From Nemertoderma westbladi (Eukaryota; Animalia; Xenacoelomorpha): a stretch of 64,000 nucleotides of DNA. The DNA lies in assembly GCA_032718475.1 (NCBI GenBank), contig JAUCBJ010009127.1:1-64000 (forward strand). Reading direction: 5' to 3'. The position numbers were made by a program, and so were the translations under genes. Below, piece by piece: positions 42,701 through 55,578 of the stretch (its first letter is position 1; every line of letters begins with the position of its first letter). Below the pieces are notes generated by a model, which saw only the letters and a list, made by a program, of their open reading frames with translations, had not been told where the DNA came from and did no database searches.

Positions 42701-45700
42701 ACCCTTGCACTCTTCATCTTCCACTCAGTTGTGGTTCATTCTCGCTCCCTTGTACTCTTCATCTTCCACTCAGTTGTGGTTCATTCTCGCTCCCTTGTAC
42801 TCTTCATCTTCCACTCAGTTGTGGTTCATTCTCGCTCCCTTGTACTCTTCATCTTCCACTCAGTTGTGGTTCATTCTCGCTCCCTTGTACTCTTCATCTT
42901 CCACTCAGTTGTGGTTCATTCCCGCACCCTTGCAGTCTTCATCTTCCACTCAGTTGTGGTTCATTCACGCACCCTTGTACTCTTCATCTTCCACTCAGTT
43001 GTGGTTCATTCCCGCACCCTTGTACTCTTCATCTTCCACTCAGTTGTGGTTCATTCCCGCACCCTTGTACTCTTCATCTTCCACTCAGTTGTGGTTCATT
43101 CACGACGCACCCTTGCACTCTTCACCATCCACTCAGTTGTGGTTCATTCTCGCTCCCTTGTACTCTTCATCTTCCACTCAGTTGTGGTTCATTCCCGCAC
43201 CCTTGTACTCTTCATCTTCCACTCAGTTGTGGTTCATTCCCGCACCCTTGCATTCTTCATCTTCCACTCAGTTGTGGTTCACTCCCGCACCCTTGTACTC
43301 TTCATCTTCCACTCAGTTGTGGTTCATTCCCGCACCCTTGTACTCTTCATCTTCCACTCAGTTGTGGTTCATTCTCACACCCTTGTACTCTTCATCTTCC
43401 ACTCAGTTGTGGTTCATTCCCGCACCCTTGTACTCTTCATCTTCCACTCAGTTGTGGTTCATTCACGACGCACCCTTGCACTCTTCATCTTCCACTCAGT
43501 TGTGGTTCATTCTCGCTCCCTTGTACTCTTCATCTTCCACTCAGTTGTGGTTCACTCCCGCACCCTTGTACTCTCCATCTTCCACTCAGTTGTGGTTCAC
43601 TCCCGCACCCTTGTACTCTTCATCTTCCACTCAGTTGCGGTTCATTCACGCACCCTTGCACCCTTCATCTTCCACTCAGTTGTGGTTCATTCACGCACCC
43701 TTGCAATCTTCATCTTCCACTCAGTTGTGGTTCATTCACGCAACTTGCACTTTTCATCTTCCACTCAGTTGTGGTTCATTCCCGCACCCTTGCACTCTTC
43801 ATCTTCCACTCAGTTGTGGTTCACTCCCGCACCCTTGTACTCTCCATCTTCCACTCAGTTGTGGTTCACTCCCGCACCCTTGTACTCTTCATCTTCCACT
43901 CAGTTGCGGTTCATTCACGCACCCTTGCACCCTTCATCTTCCACTCAGTTGCGGTTCATTCACGCACCCTAGTACTCTTCATCTTCCACTCAGTTGTGGT
44001 TCATTCCCGCACCCTTGCACTCTTCATTTTCCGCTCAGTTGTGGTTCATTCACGCACCCTGCAGTCTTCATCTTCCACTCAGTTGTGGTTCATTCTCGCA
44101 CCCTTGCACTCTTTATCTTCCACTCAGTTGTGGTTCATTCCCGCAACCTTGTACTCTCCATCTTCCACTCAGTTGTGGTTCATTCACGCAACTTGCACTC
44201 TTCATCTTCCACTCAGTTGTGGTTGATTCACGCACCCTTGCAATCTTCATCTTCCACTCAGTTGTGGTTCATTCACGCACCCTTGCAATCTTCATCTTCC
44301 ACTCAGTTGTGGTTCATTCACGCAACTTGCACTTTTCATCTTCCACTCAGTTGTGGTTCATTCCCGCACCCTTGCAATCTTCATCTTCCACTCAGTTGTG
44401 GTTCATTCACGCAACTTGCACTTTTCATCTTCCACTCAGTTGTGGTTCATTCACGCAACTTGCACTTTTCATCTTCCACTCAGTTGTGGTTCATTCTCGC
44501 ACCCTGCAGTCTTCATCTTCCACTCAGTTGTGGTTGATTCACGCACCCTTGCACTCTTCATCTTCCGCTCAGTTGTGGTTCATTCCCGCACCCTGCAGTC
44601 TTCATTTTCCACTCAGTTGTGGTTGATTCACGCACCCTTGCACTCTTCATCTTCCACTCAGTTGTGGTTCACTCACGCAACTTGCACTTTTCATCTTCCA
44701 CTCAGTTGTGGTTCATTCCCGCACCCTTGCAGTCTTCGTCTTCCACTCAGTTGTGGTTCATTCTCGTTCCCTTGCAGTCTTCATCTTCCACTCAGTTGTG
44801 GTTGATTCACGCACCCTTGCACTCTTCATCTTCCACTCAGTTGTGGTTCATTCACGCTCCCTTGCACTCTTCATCTTCCGCTCAGTTGTGGTTCATTCTC
44901 GCACCCTTGCAGTCTTCATCTTCCACTCAGTTGTGGTTCACTCACGCAACTTGCACTTTTCATCTTCCACTCAGTTGTGGTTCATTCCCGCACCCTTGCA
45001 CTCTTCATCTTCCACTCAGTTGTGGTTCATTCTCGCACCCTTGCAGTCTTCATCTTCCACTCAGTTGTGGTTCACTCATGCAACTTGCACTTTTCATCTT
45101 CCACTCAGTTGTGGTTCATTCCCGCACCCTTGCACTCTTCATCTTCCACTCAGTTGTGGTTCATTCTCGCACCCTTGCAGTCTTCATCTTCCACTCAGTT
45201 GTGGTTCACTCACGCAACTTGCACCCTTCATCTTCCACTCAGTTGCGGTTCATTCCCGCACCCTTGCACTCTTCATCTTCCACTCAGTTGTGGTTCATTC
45301 TCGCACCCTTGCAGTCTTCATCTTCCACTCAGTTGTGGTTCACTCACGCAACTTGCACCCTTCATCTTCCACTCAGTTGCGGTTCATTCCCGCACCCTTG
45401 CACTCTTCATCTTCCACTCAGTTGTGGTTCATTCTCGCTCCCTTGCACTCTTCATCTTCCACTCAGTTGTGGTTCATTCCCGCACCCTTGCACTCTTCAT
45501 CTTCCACTCAGTTGTGGTTCACTCCCGCACCCTTGCACGTTTCGTGGTTAATTCCCGCTCCCTTGCACTCGTCATCATCCACTCAGTTGTGGTTCATTCA
45601 CGCACCCTTGCACTTTTCGTGGTTCATTCCCGCACCCTTGTACTCTCCATCTTCCACTCAGTTGTGGTTCATTCACGCTCCCTTGCACTCTTCGTGGTTC

Positions 45701-48700
45701 ATTCCCGCTCCCTTGTACTCTTCATCTTCCACTCAGTTGCGGTTCACTCCCGCACCCTTGCACACGTCATCTTCCACTCAGTTGTGGTTCATTCACGCAC
45801 CCTTGCACGTTTCGTGGTTAATTCCCGCTCCCTTGCACTCGTCATCATCCACTCAGTTGTGGTTCATTCACGCACCCTTGCACTTTTCGTGGTTCATTCC
45901 CGCTCCCTTGCACTCTCCATCTTCCACCCAGTTGTGGTTTATTCACGCACCCTTGTACTCTTTATCTTCCACTCAGTTGTGACTGATTCCCACAACCTTT
46001 CACTTTTCATCTTCCACTCAGTTGTGGTTCATTCACGCACCCTTGCAATCTTCATCTTCCACTCAGTTGCGGTCCATTCCCGCACCCTTGTACACTTCAT
46101 CTTCCACTCAGTTGTGGTACATTCACGCTCCCTTGCACTCTTCGTGGTTCATTCCCGCTCCCTTGCACTCTTCATCTTCCACTCAGTTGTGGTTCATTCA
46201 CGCACCCTTGCACGTTTCGTGGTTCATTCCCGCTCCCTTGCACTCTTCATCATCCACTCAGTTGTGGTTCATTCACGCACCCTTGCACTTTTCGTGGTTC
46301 ATTCCCGCTCCCTTGCACTCTCCAGCTTCCACCCAGTTGTGGTTTATTCACGCACCCTTGTACTTTTCGTGGTTCATTCTTGCTCCCTTGCACTCTTCAT
46401 CTTCCACTCAGTTGTGGTTCATTCCCGCTCCCTTGCACTCTTCATCTTCCACTCAGTTGTGGTTTATTCACGCACCCTTGTACTCTTCATCTTCCACTCA
46501 GTTGTGACTGATTCCCACAACCTTTCACTTTTCATCTTCACTCAGTTGTGGTTAATTCCCGCACCCTTGCACTCTTCATCTTCCACTCAGTTGTGGTTCA
46601 TTCACGCACCCTTGCACTCTTCATCTTCCACTCAGTTGTGGTTCATTCACGCACCCTTGCACTCTTCATCTTCCACTCAGTTGTGGTTAATTCCCGCACC
46701 CTTGCACTCTTCATCTTCCACTCAGTTGCGGTTCATTCACGCACCCTAGTACTCTTCATCTTCCACTCAGTTGTGGTTCATTCACGCACCCTAGTACTCT
46801 TCATCTTCCACTCAGTTGCGGTTCATTCACGCACCCTTGCACTCTTCATCTTCCACTCAGTTGTGGTTCATTCTCGCTCCCTTGCACTCTTCATCTTCCA
46901 CTCAGTTGTGGTTCATTCCCGCACCCTTGTACTCTTCATCTTCCACTCAGTTGCGGTTCATTCACGCTCCCTTGCACTCTTCATCTTCCACTCAGTTGTG
47001 GTTCATTCTCGCTCCCTTGCACTCTTCATCTTCCACTCAGTTGTGGTTCATTCCCGCACCCTTGTACTCTTCATCTTCCACTCAGTTGTGGTTCATTCCC
47101 GCACCCTTGCACTCTTTATCTTCCACTCAGTTGCGGTTCATTCACGCTCCCTTGTACTCTTCATCTTCCACTCAGTTGCGGTTCATTCACGCACCCTTGC
47201 ACTCTTTATCTTCCACTCAGTTGTGGTTCATTCACGCACCCTTGCAATCTTCATCTTCCACTCAGTTGTGGTTCATTCACGCACCCTTGCAATCTTCATC
47301 TTCCACTCAGTTGTGGTTTATTCCCGCTCCCTTGCACTCTTCATCTTCCACTCAGTTGTGGTTCATTCCCGCTCCCTTGCACCCTTCATCTTCCACTCAG
47401 TTGTGGTTTATTCCCGCTCCCTTGCACCCTTCATCTTCCACTCAGTTGCGGTTCATTCACGCTCCCTTGTACTCTTCATCTTCCACTCAGTTGCGGTTCA
47501 TTCACGCACCCTTGCACTCTTTATCTTCCACTCAGTTGTGGTTCATTCACGCACCCTTGCAATCTTCATCTTCCACTCAGTTGTGGTTTATTCCCGCTCC
47601 CTTGCACCCTTCATCTTCCACTCAGTTGCGGTTCATTCACGCTCCCTTGCACTCTTTATCTTCCACTCAGTTGTGGTTCATTCACGCACCCTTGCAATCT
47701 TCATCTTCCACTCAGTTGTGGTTCATTCACGCACCCTTGCAATCTTCATCTTCCACTCAGTTGTGGTTCATTCACGCAACTTGCACTTTTCTTCTTCCAC
47801 TCAGTTGTGGTTCATTCCCGCTCCCTTGCACCCTTCATCTTCCACTCAGTTGCGGTTCATTCACGCACCCTTGCAATCTTCATCTTCCACTCAGTTGTGG
47901 TTCATTCACGCACCCTTGCAATCTTCATCTTCCACTCAGTGGTGGTTCATTCACGCACCCTTGCACCCTTCATCTTCCACTCAGTTGTGGTTCATTCCCG
48001 CACCCTTGCACTCTTCATCTTCCGCTCAGTTGTGGTTCATTCACGCACCCTTGTACTCTTCATCTTCCACTCAGTTGCGGTTCATTCACGCACCCTTGCA
48101 CCCTTCATCTTCCACTCAGTTGCGGTTCATTCACGCACCCTAGTACTCTTCATCTTCCACTCAGTTGTGGTTCATTCCCGCATCCTTGCACTCTTCATCT
48201 TCCGCTCAGTTGTGGTTCATTCACGCACCCTGCAGTCTTCATCTTCCACTCAGTTGTGGTTGATTCACGCACCCTTGCAATCTTCATCTTCCACTCAGTT
48301 GCGGTTCATTCCCGCACCCTTGTACTCTTCATCTTCCACTCAGTTGTGGTTCATTCTCGCACCCTTGCAATCTTCATCTTCCACTCAGTTGTGGTTCATT
48401 CACGCACCCTGCAGTCTTCATCTTCCACTCAGTTGTGGTTGATTCACGCACCCTTGCAATCTTCATCTTCCACTCAGTTGTGGTTCATTCACGCACCCTT
48501 GCACTTTTCATCTTCCACTCAGTTGTGGTTCATTCCCGCACCCTGCAATCTTCATCTTCCACTCAGTTGTGGTTCATTCACGCACCCTTGCAATCTTCAT
48601 CTTCCACTCAGTTGTGGTTCATTCACGCACCCTTGTACTCTTCATCTTCCACTCAGTTGCGGTTCATTCACGCACCCTTGCACCCTTCATCTTCCACTCA

Positions 48701-51700
48701 GTTGCGGTTCATTCACGCACCCTAGTACTCTTCATCTTCCACTCAGTTGTGGTTCATTCTCGCACCCTTGCAATCTTCATCTTCCACTCAGTTGTGGTTC
48801 ATTCACGCACCCTGCAGTCTTCATCTTCCACTCAGTTGTGGTTCATTCCCGCACCCTAGTACTCTTCATCTTCCACTCAGTTGTGGTTGATTCACGCACC
48901 CTTGCAATCTTCATCTTCCACTCAGTTGTGGTTCATTCACGCACCCTTGTACTCTTCATCTTCCACTCAGTTGTGGTTCATTCTCGCACCCTTGCAATCT
49001 TCATCTTCCACTCAGTTGTGGTTCATTCACGCACCCTGCAGTCTTCATCTTCCACTCAGTTGTGGTTGATTCACGCACCCTTGCAATCTTCATCTTCCAC
49101 TCAGTTGTGGTTCATTCACGCACCCTTGCACTTTTCATCTTCCACTCAGTTGTGGTTCATTCCCGCACCCTGCAATCTTCATCTTCCACTCAGTTGTGGT
49201 TCATTCACGCACCCTTGCAATCTTCATCTTCCACTCAGTTGTGGTTCATTCACGCACCCTTGTACTCTTCATCTTCCACTCAGTTGCGGTTCATTCACGC
49301 ACCCTTGCACCCTTCATCTTCCACTCAGTTGCGGTTCATTCACGCACCCTAGTACTCTTCATCTTCCACTCAGTTGTGGTTCATTCCCGCATCCTTGCAC
49401 TCTTCATCTTCCGCTCAGTTGTGGTTCATTCCCGCACCCTTGTACTCTTCATCTTCCACTCAGTTGTGGTTCATTCCCGCACCCTGCAATCTTCATCTTC
49501 CACTCAGTTGTGGTTCATTCACGCACCCTTGCAATCTTCATCTTCCACTCAGTTGTGGTTCATTCACGCACCCTTGCACTTTTCATCTTCCACTCAGTTG
49601 TGGTTCATTCCCGCACCCTGCAATCTTCATCTTCCACTCAGTTGTGGTTCATTCACGCACCCTTGCAATCTTCATCTTCCACTCAGTTGTGGTTCGTTCA
49701 CGCACCCTTGTACTCTTCATCTTCCACTCAGTTGCGGTTCATTCACGCACCCTTGCACCCTTCATCTTCCACTCAGTTGCGGTTCATTCACGCACCCTAG
49801 TACTCTTCATCTTCCACTCAGTTGTGGTTCATTCCCGCATCCTTGCACTCTTCATCTTCCGCTCAGTTGTGGTTCATTCCCGCACCCTTGCACCCTTCAT
49901 CTTCCACTCAGTTGCGGTTCATTCCCGCATCCTTGCACACTTCATCTTCCACTCTGTTGTGGTTCATTCACGCACCCTGCAGTCTTCATCTTCCACTCAG
50001 TTGTGGTTGATTCACGCACCCTTGCAATCTTCATCTTCCACTCAGTTGTGGTTCATTCTCGCACCCTTGCAATCTTCATCTTCCACTCAGTTGTGGTTCA
50101 TTCCCGCACCCTGCAATCTTCATCTTCCACTCAGTTGTGGTTCATTCACGCACCCTTGCACTCTTCATCTTCCACTCAGTTGTGGTTCATTCCCGCACCC
50201 TTGCACTCTTCATCTTCCGCTCAGTTGTGGTTCATTCCCGCACCCTGCAGTCTTCATCTTCCACTCAGTTGTGGTTGATTCACGCACCCTTGCACTCTTC
50301 ATCTTCCACTCAGTTGTGGTTCATTCACGCTCCCTTGCAGTCTTCATCTTCCACTCAGTTGTGGTTGATTCACGCACCCTTGCACTCTTCATCTTCCACT
50401 CAGTTGCGGTTCATTCACGCTCCCTTGTACTCTTCATCTTCCACTCAGTTGTGGTTCACTCACGCAACTTGCACTTTTCATCTTCCACTCAGTTGCGGTT
50501 CATTCACGCACCCTTGCACTCTTCATCTTCCACTCAGTTGTGGTTCATTCACGCACCCTTGCAATCTTCATCTTCCACTCAGTTGTGGTTCATTCACGCA
50601 CCCTTGCAATCTTCATCTTCCACTCAGTTGTGGTTCACTCACGCAACTTGCACTTTTCATCTTCCACTCAGTTGCGGTTCATTCACGCACCCTTGCACTC
50701 TTCATCTTCCACTCAGTTGTGGTTCATTCACGCACCCTTGCAATCTTCATCTTCCACTCAGTTGTGGTTCATTCACGCACCCTTGCAATCTTCATCTTCC
50801 ACTCAGTTGCGGTTCATTCACGCTCCCTTGTACTCTTCATCTTCCACTCAGTTGTGGTTCACTCACGCAACTTGCACTCTTCATCTTCCACTCAGTTGTG
50901 GTTCATTCACGCACCCTTGCACTCTTCATCTTCCACTCAGTTGTGGTTCATTCCCGCACCCTTGCACTCTTCATCTTCCACTCAGTTGTGGTTCACTCCC
51001 GCACCCTTGTACTCTCCATCTTCCACTCAGTTGTGGTTCACTCCCGCACCCTTGTACTCTTCATCTTCCACTCAGTTGTGGTTCATTCACGCACCCTTGC
51101 AATCTTCATCTTCCACTCAGTTGTGGTTCATTCACGCAACTTGCACTTTTCATCTTCCACTCAGTTGTGGTTCATTCCCGCACCCTTGCACTCTTCATCT
51201 TCCACTCAGTTGTGGTTCACTCCCGCACCCTTGTACTCTCCATCTTCCACTCAGTTGTGGTTCACTCCCGCACCCTTGTACTCTTCATCTTCCACTCAGT
51301 TGTGGTTCATTCACGCAACTTGCACTTTTCATCTTCCACTCAGTTGTGGTTCATTCCCGCACCCTTGCACTCTTCATCTTCCACTCAGTTGTGGTTCACT
51401 CCCGCACCCTTGCAATCTTCATCTTCCACTCAGTTGTGGTTCATTCACGCACCCTTGCACTCTTCATCTTCCACTCAGTTGTGGTTCATTCCCGCACCCT
51501 TGCACTCTTCATCTTCCACTCAGTTGTGGTTCACTCCCGCACCCTTGTACTCTCCATCTTCCACTCAGTTGTGGTTCATTCACGCACCCTTGCAATCTTC
51601 ATCTTCCACTCAGTTGTGGTTCATTCACGCAACTTGCACATTTCATCTTCCACTCAGTTGTGGTTCATTCCCGCACCCTTGCACTCTTCATCTTCCACTC

Positions 51701-54700
51701 AGTTGTGGTTCACTCCCGCACCCTTGTACTCTCCATCTTCCACTCAGTTGTGGTTCACTCCCGCACCCTTGTACTCTTCATCTTCCACTCAGTTGCGGTT
51801 CATTCACGCACCCTTGCACCCTTCATCTTCCACTCAGTTGTGGTTCATTCACGCACCCTTGCAATCTTCATCTTCCACTCAGTTGTGGTTCATTCACGCA
51901 CCCTTGCAATCTTCATCTTCCACTCAGTTGTGGTTCATTCACGCACCCTTGCAATCTTCATCTTCCACTCAGTTGTGGTTCATTCACGCAACTTGCACTT
52001 TTCATCTTCCACTCAGTTGTGGTTCATTCCCGCACCCTTGCACTCTTCATCTTCCACTCAGTTGTGGTTCACTCCCGCACCCTTGTACTCTCCATCTTCC
52101 ACTCAGTTGTGGTTCACTCCCGCACCCTTGTACTCTTCATCTTCCACTCAGTTGCGGTTCATTCACGCACCCTTGCACCCTTCATCTTCCACTCAGTTGC
52201 GGTTCATTCACGCACCCTAGTACTCTTCATCTTCCACTCAGTTGTGGTTCATTCCCGCATCCTTGCACTCTTCATTTTCCGCTCAGTTGTGGTTCATTCA
52301 CGCACCCTGCAGTCTTCATCTTCCACTCAGTTGTGGTTCATTCACGCAACTTGCACTCTTCATCTTCCACTCAGTTGTGGTTCATTCCCGCACCCTAGTA
52401 CTCTTCATCTTCCACTCAGTTGTGGTTGATTCACGCACCCTTGCAATCTTCATCTTCCATTCAGTTGTGGTTCATTCACGCACCCTTGCAATCTTCATCT
52501 TCCACTCAGTTGTGGTTCATTCACGCAACTTGCACTTTTCATCTTCCACTCAGTTGTGGTTCATTCTCGCACCCTGCAGTCTTCATCTTCCACTCAGTTG
52601 TGGTTGATTCACGCACCCTTGCACTCTTCATCTTCCGCTCAGTTGTGGTTCATTCCCGCACCCTGCAGTCTTCATCTTCCACTCAGTTGTGGTTGATTCA
52701 CGCACCCTTGCACTCTTCATCTTCCACTCAGTTGTGGTTCATTCACGCAACTTGCACTCTTCATCTTCCACTCAGTTGTGGTTCACTCACGCAACTTGCA
52801 CTTTTCATCTTCCACTCAGTTGTGGTTCATTCCCGCACCCTTGCAGTCTTCGTCTTCCACTCAGTTGTGGTTCATTCTCGTTCCCTTGCAGTCTTCATCT
52901 TCCACTCAGTTGTGGTTGATTCACGCACCCTTGCACTCTTCATCTTCCACTCAGTTGTGGTTCATTCACGCTCCCTTGCACTCTTCATCTTCCGCTCAGT
53001 TGTGGTTCATTCTCGCACCCTTGCAGTCTTCATCTTCCACTCAGTTGTGGTTCACTCACGCAACTTGCACTTTTCATCTTCCACTCAGTTGTGGTTCATT
53101 CCCGCACCCTTGCACTCTTCATCTTCCACTCAGTTGTGGTTCATTCTCGCACCCTTGCAGTCTTCATCTTCCACTCAGTTGTGGTTCACTCACGCAACTT
53201 GCACTTTTCATCTTCCACTCAGTTGTGGTTCATTCCCGCACCCTTGCACTCTTCATCTTCCACTCAGTTGTGGTTCATTCTCGCACCCTTGCAGTCTTCA
53301 TCTTCCACTCAGTTGTGGTTCACTCACGCAACTTGCACCCTTCATCTTCCACTCAGTTGCGGTTCATTCCCGCACCCTTGCACTCTTCATCTTCCACTCA
53401 GTTGTGGTTCATTCTCGCACCCTTGCAGTCTTCATCTTCCACTCAGTTGTGGTTCACTCACGCAACTTGCACTTTTCATCTTCCACTCAGTTGTGGTTCA
53501 TTCCCGCACCCTTGTACTCTTCATCTTCCGCTCAGTTGTGGTTCATTCACGCACCCTGCAGTCTTCATCTTCCACTCAGTTGTGGTTGATTCACGCACCC
53601 TTGCACTCTTCATCTTCCACTCAGTTGTGGTTGATTCACGCACCCTTGCACTCTTCATCTTCCACTCAGTTGTGGTTCATTCCCGCACCCTTGCACTCTT
53701 CATCTTCCGCTCAGTTGTGGTTCATTCACGCACCCTTGCAGTCTTCATCTTCCACTCAGTTGTGGTTCACTCACGCAACTTGCACTTTTCATCTTCCACT
53801 CAGTTGTGGTTCATTCCCGCACCCTTGCACTCTTCATCTTCCGCTCAGTTGTGGTTTATTCACGCACCCTTGCAATCTTCATCTTCCACTCAGTTGTGGT
53901 TCATTCACGCAACTTGCACTTTTCATCTTCCACTCAGTTGTGGTTCATTCTCGCACCCTGCAGTCTTCATCTTCCACTCAGTTGTGGTTGATTCACGCAC
54001 CCTTGCAATCTTCATCTTCCACTCAGTTGTGGTTCATTCACGCACCCTTGCAATCTTCATCTTCCACTCAGTTGTGGTTCATTCACGCAACTTGCACTTT
54101 TCATCTTCCACTCAGTTGTGGTTCATTCCCGCACCCTTGCACTCTTCATCTTCCACTCAGTTGTGGTTCATTCTCGCTCCCTTGTACTCTTCATCTTCCA
54201 CTCAGTTGTGGTTCATTCCCGCACCCTTGCATTCTTCATCTTCCACTCAGTTGTGGTTCATTCACGCACCCTTGCAATCTTCATCTTCCACTCAGTTGTG
54301 GTTCATTCACGCACCCTGCAGTCTTCATCTTCCACTCAGTTGTGGTTGATTCACGCACCCTTGCAATCTTCATCTTCCACTCAGTTGTGGTTCATTCACG
54401 CACCCTTGCAATCTTCATCTTCCACTCAGTTGTGGTTCATTCACGCACCCTGCAGTCTTCATCTTCCACTCAGTTGTGGTTGATTCACGCACCCTTGCAA
54501 TCTTCATCTTCCACTCAGTTGTGGTTCATTCACACACCCTTGCACTTTTCATCTTCCACTCAGTTGTGGTTCATTCTCGCACCCTGCAGTCTTCATCTTC
54601 CACTCAGTTGTGGTTGATTCACGCACCCTTGCAATCTTCATCTTCAACTCAGTTGTGGTTCATTCTCACACCCTTGCAATCTTCATCTTCCACTCAGTTG

Positions 54701-55578
54701 TGGTTCATTCACGCACCCTTGCAATCTTCATCTTCCACTCAGTTGTGGTTCATTCTCGCTCCCTTGCACTTTTCATCTTCCACTCAGTTGTGGTTCATTC
54801 TCGCACCCTGCAATCTTCATCTTCCACTCAGTTGTGGTTCATTCACGCAACTTGCACTTTTCATCTTCCACTCAGTTGTGGTTCATTCTCGCACCCTGCA
54901 GTCTTCATCTTCCACTCAGTTGTGGTTGATTCACGCACCCTTGTACTCTTCATCTTCCACTCAGTTGTGTTTCATTCTCGCTCCCTTGCACTTTTCATCT
55001 TCCACTCAGTTGTGGTTCATTCTCGCTCCCTTGCACTTTTCATCTTCCACTCAGTTGTGGTTCATTCTCGCACCCTGCAATCTTCATCTTCCACTCAGTT
55101 GTGGTTCATTCACGCAACTTGCACTTTTCATCTTCCACTCAGTTGTGGTTCATTCTCGCACCCTGCAGTCTTCATCTTCCACTCAGTTGTGGTTGATTCA
55201 CGCACCCTTGTACTCTTCATCTTCCACTCAGTTGTGTTTCATTCTCGCTCCCTTGCACTTTTCATCTTCCACTCAGTTGTGGTTCATTCTCGCACCCTGC
55301 AATCTTCATCTTCCACTCAGTTGTGGTTCATTCACGCAACTTGCACTTTTCATCTTCCACTCAGTTGTGGTTCATTCTCGCACCCTTGCAATCTTCATCT
55401 TCCACTCAGTTGTGGTTCATTCACGCAACTTGCACTTTTCATCTTCCACTCAGTTGTGGTTCATTCTCGCACCCTGCAGTCTTCATCTTCCACTCAGTTG
55501 TGTTTCATTCCCGCACCCTTGCAGTCTTCATCTTCCACTCCTCAGTTGTGGTTGATTCACGCACCCTTGCACTCTTCA
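15086..55578. repeat. 45-bp satellite array, right arm (about 40 kb)
   Basis: Same monomer and orientation as the left arm, with length variants of 30, 44, 48 and 49 bp and multi-kb internal duplications. Confidence 0.99.
18247..18346. other. Assembly gap (100 N)
   Basis: Run of exactly 100 N, a typical placeholder. True array length is therefore unknown. Confidence 0.99.

Noticed and set aside
5373-55578. CRISPR-like constant/variable alternation
   Set aside because: The variable parts are point variants of one sequence rather than unique spacers, there are no cas genes, and the context is eukaryotic.
5373-55578. One TGA per monomer in each minus-strand frame (Sec or Trp readthrough, micro-ORFs MKSARVRE and MNHN)
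   Set aside because: Frameshifting monomers are common, no SECIS-like or coding context is evident, and the pattern follows trivially from three TCA trinucleotides in the monomer.
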